A stretch of DNA of 64,000 nt, taken from Owenia fusiformis (taxonomy: Eukaryota). The position numbers and the translations under genes are program-made. Under the pieces are notes generated by a model. It made no database searches, had not been told where the DNA came from, and saw nothing but the letters and a program-made list of their open reading frames with translations. The stretch covers positions 1,736,001-1,800,000 of the forward strand of contig CAIIXF020000001.1 in NCBI GenBank assembly GCA_903813345.2, read 5' to 3'. The first letter of the stretch is position 1, and each line of letters starts with the position of its first letter. This document shows, in pieces, positions 61,409-64,000 of this stretch.

Positions 61409-64000
61409 ATATTATTATGAGCTTTATTATACTTGTATCCCACATTTGGGCAAAGTGTACAGCTTAAACAGAAAAAAATGAAAAAGCTTAACTAATTATC
61501 TATATAGTATATTAACTAATCAAAGGGTGCTTGATCATTGCAAGATTTTATTGGATGCATTTCGTGTTTTTTTCTCTCTCGATAAAAATATTAGATATAT
61601 ATTTTGCTAGTATATTTAATATTATTCCCTCTGAATTAAATAGAAAAATTAATTTATGTTCCACGTTATTCATGTTTTCTAAATTTTGACAGTGTTTTTT
61701 TATTTTATCCATGTAACTTGACCGAACATCTTTTAACTTATTGCATTCTAATAGGTAATGACATTCTGAACCGGTTTTCTTGTTACACATTAAACATTTT
61801 CTTTCTTCAATAGGGGTAATTGGTTTTGTGTAACGACCTGTTTCGATTTCTAATTTATGTGCGCTAATTCTTAGCTTTGTCAAGTTATTTCTGTCTATTT
61901 CATTTTTGATTAAATCCAAGTAGGGTTCCTTGTTCCATTTTGCTTTTATTATCTTATAAAACCTCAATTTACCATTATTTGATTTTATTTTAGTTTCCCA
62001 AAATTGTATGTATCTATTTTCCAGTAATTTCTTAATTTCTCTTGGTTTTAAGTTTAAATAGTTTGGTGAAGTACCATTGTAAATATATTTAAGTACATCA
62101 TTGATGTGCGTGAGCCATGATTGTTTATTCATATCTGTCAGTTGTTTATTTACCTCAAGGGCTTCACGTAGAAGCGAGTCGGTTCCTTTATTGTTAATAT
62201 GATTAAGATATTTCATTTGTTGATAAAACAAAGAAATAAATAGTGGAAACCTACCTAAATCGCCTCGTGTAGCGTCATTACTGGCCTTTCTGTTAACACC
62301 GAGTATCGATTTCATAAATGATATATGAAGAGATTCAAATGTTATTCCATCATATCCCTTTTCTAATGCCCATTGTGGGTCTTTTTTAATTTTACTCGAG
62401 TTTAAGATACCCGTACCCCATATATCAGATCCATAGAGGCATATGGGCTTTATGAGTTGATCAAATAGTTTTAAGCATAATGATGGTTTCATATTACCAT
62501 TAGAAATTAGACTTAATAATTTAAATTTTGCCTTTTCAGCTTTGTCTTTGATATGCTGGGCTGCAGGTCTCATTGACCCACTTATGCTTAATTCCATTCC
62601 CAGGTAAATGTATCGTGAAACAGATTCTATTTTGTAATTTCCTATAAAGAAGTGATTATCAATAAGTCTACCATTTTTATTCATTACCATAATTTTGGTT
62701 TTATCAGTGTTGATATTTAAGTGCCATTCTTCACAGTATTTTTCTAATTTGTCCAATTTGGTTTGCATTTCATCTTTTGAGGATGCGATAATTACTAAGT
62801 CATCAGCAAAAAGGAGGCTTCCAATTCGCTTATTATTTAATAATGGGTCTGTTTTGAGATCTAATGTTTTAATAATGTCATTTATATATATATTAAATAG
62901 AAGAGGACTTAGGGGGTCCCCCTGTTTTATTCCCTTGTTACAGTCAAATTCATTGGTAAATAAACCCTCATTATCTAGTCTGACTCTTGCTTTTGAATGT
63001 GAATATATATGTTTTATCATTTTATAGAATAAACCGTTTACACCCGATTGCAAAAGTTTCAAAAATAATCCATCATGCCATACCGTATCGAAAGCTTTCC
63101 TCAAATCAACAAAACACATATATATATTCCCTTTTTCACTTAGTACGTATTTATCCACGAGGGTTCGTATTATGAACATGTGGTCAGTTGTTCGTGCTTT
63201 CTTTGTGAAACCGGCTTGATTTTCCGATATTATTTTTCTGTCATGTACAAAGGCGTAAAGTCTATTATACAAAATTATTGAAAATAATTTGCCAAAGCAA
63301 TCAGAAATAAAAATACCTCTGTAATTTCCAGGGTCTTTCGTCGTTCCTTTCTTAAATAACGTAACGATTGATGAAATATTCCATTTCTCAGGGAAAACTG
63401 TTTTGCTCAGTAATATGTTAAACATTTTACAGATAACATTATTTAAAACTGAGTATGACGCTTTAATCATTTCATAGCAAATGCCGTTAAAACCCGAACT
63501 CTTGTTGTTCTTTAATTGCTTAACTGCCTTGTTAACCTCGTTTTCTGTTATTCTGAAGCTAAGTTCGTCAAAATGATTGTCGTTTTCTATTGATTTAACA
63601 ATTTCGTTGACTTTTTTGTTGTTTTCGGTATTTTTATCCTTTTCAAATAATTTGGAAAAATGTTCATGCCATTTCTCTGGTGTTATATACGCGGACTTAT
63701 TGTTTCCGTCTTTTTGCCTTAGTTGCTCAAGTAGGGACCAATATTCTTTAGGGTCATTGTCATAAAGTTCTTCTAATTTATTTATCATATTAGTTTTAAA
63801 TTTCCTCTGTTTTATCTTACAGCATTTCCTATATTCCTTTAGCAACTTGAAGTAATTACCTCTAATCATATTATCATTTGGTGATTTTATTAGTTTTGCT
63901 CCAATTGACTTAACCTTTCTTTTCAGTATACTGCAATCATTATCAAACCATTTTTGAGATATCGAGCCCCCTTTCTTTTTACAGGGTAACTTTTTTCGTA
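61409..64000 (-). mobile_element. Non-LTR retrotransposon (LINE) 3' portion; clade not resolved (RTEX or CR1/L2-group-like)
   Basis: Long RT ORF followed by a short 3' UTR with AATAAA and a short ataataat tail at ~61409-61430. Confidence 0.92.
61548..63998 (-). CDS. LINE ORF2 reverse transcriptase (5' partial; frame stays open to the window edge)
   Basis: Motifs KWFDNDC, NYRGI, QAGF, FVDLRKAFDTV, GIKQGDPLSPLLFNIYI, LLFADD, YIYLG and C-terminal SAHKLEIETGRY..C..C..H...C. No stops in >800 codons. Confidence 0.95.
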   Translation of the reverse strand, partial: RKKLPCKKKGGSISQKWFDNDCSILKRKVKSIGAKLIKSPNDNMIRGNYFKLLKEYRKCCKIKQRKFKTNMINKLEELYDNDPKEYWSLLEQLRQKDGNNKSAYITPEKWHEHFSKLFEKDKNTENNKKVNEIVKSIENDNHFDELSFRITENEVNKAVKQLKNNKSSGFNGICYEMIKASYSVLNNVICKMFNILLSKTVFPEKWNISSIVTLFKKGTTKDPGNYRGIFISDCFGKLFSIILYNRLYAFVHDRKIISENQAGFTKKARTTDHMFIIRTLVDKYVLSEKGNIYMCFVDLRKAFDTVWHDGLFLKLLQSGVNGLFYKMIKHIYSHSKARVRLDNEGLFTNEFDCNKGIKQGDPLSPLLFNIYINDIIKTLDLKTDPLLNNKRIGSLLFADDLVIIASSKDEMQTKLDKLEKYCEEWHLNINTDKTKIMVMNKNGRLIDNHFFIGNYKIESVSRYIYLGMELSISGSMRPAAQHIKDKAEKAKFKLLSLISNGNMKPSLCLKLFDQLIKPICLYGSDIWGTGILNSSKIKKDPQWALEKGYDGITFESLHISFMKSILGVNRKASNDATRGDLGRFPLFISLFYQQMKYLNHINNKGTDSLLREALEVNKQLTDMNKQSWLTHINDVLKYIYNGTSPNYLNLKPREIKKLLENRYIQFWETKIKSNNGKLRFYKIIKAKWNKEPYLDLIKNEIDRNNLTKLRISAHKLEIETGRYTKPITPIEERKCLMCNKKTGSECHYLLECNKLKDVRSSYMDKIKKHCQNLENMNNVEHKLIFLFNSEGIILNILAKYISNIFIEREKNTKCIQ

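Overview
AT-rich animal genomic DNA with spliceosomal introns. The repeat content suggests a lophotrochozoan or mollusc-like invertebrate, which is an inference. Four multi-exon genes were reconstructed by hand with GT-AG and phase checks: the 3' end of a MAPK15/ERK7-like kinase (+), a 19-exon Patched-domain/NPC1-like sterol-sensing membrane protein (+), a complete transportin with 20 coding exons (TNPO1/2, -, 892 aa), and FBXW9 (+, last exon not found). The main hidden feature is an array of 11 box C/D snoRNAs in the transportin introns, one per intron: 2 SNORD26-like, 4 SNORD81-like, 3 SNORD41-like, and 2 SNORD41-related copies whose guide is shifted by 2 nt and so predicts a different 28S rRNA 2'-O-methylation site. 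The window also holds an apparently intact intron-containing DD34D mariner with ~190-bp TIRs, an internally deleted mariner with a nested TTAA element, several MITEs and Helentron-type non-autonomous elements, a tRNA-derived SINE, a LINE RT ORF and several minisatellites, some of which copy splice junctions. Family assignments rest on remembered reference sequences; no database search was run.
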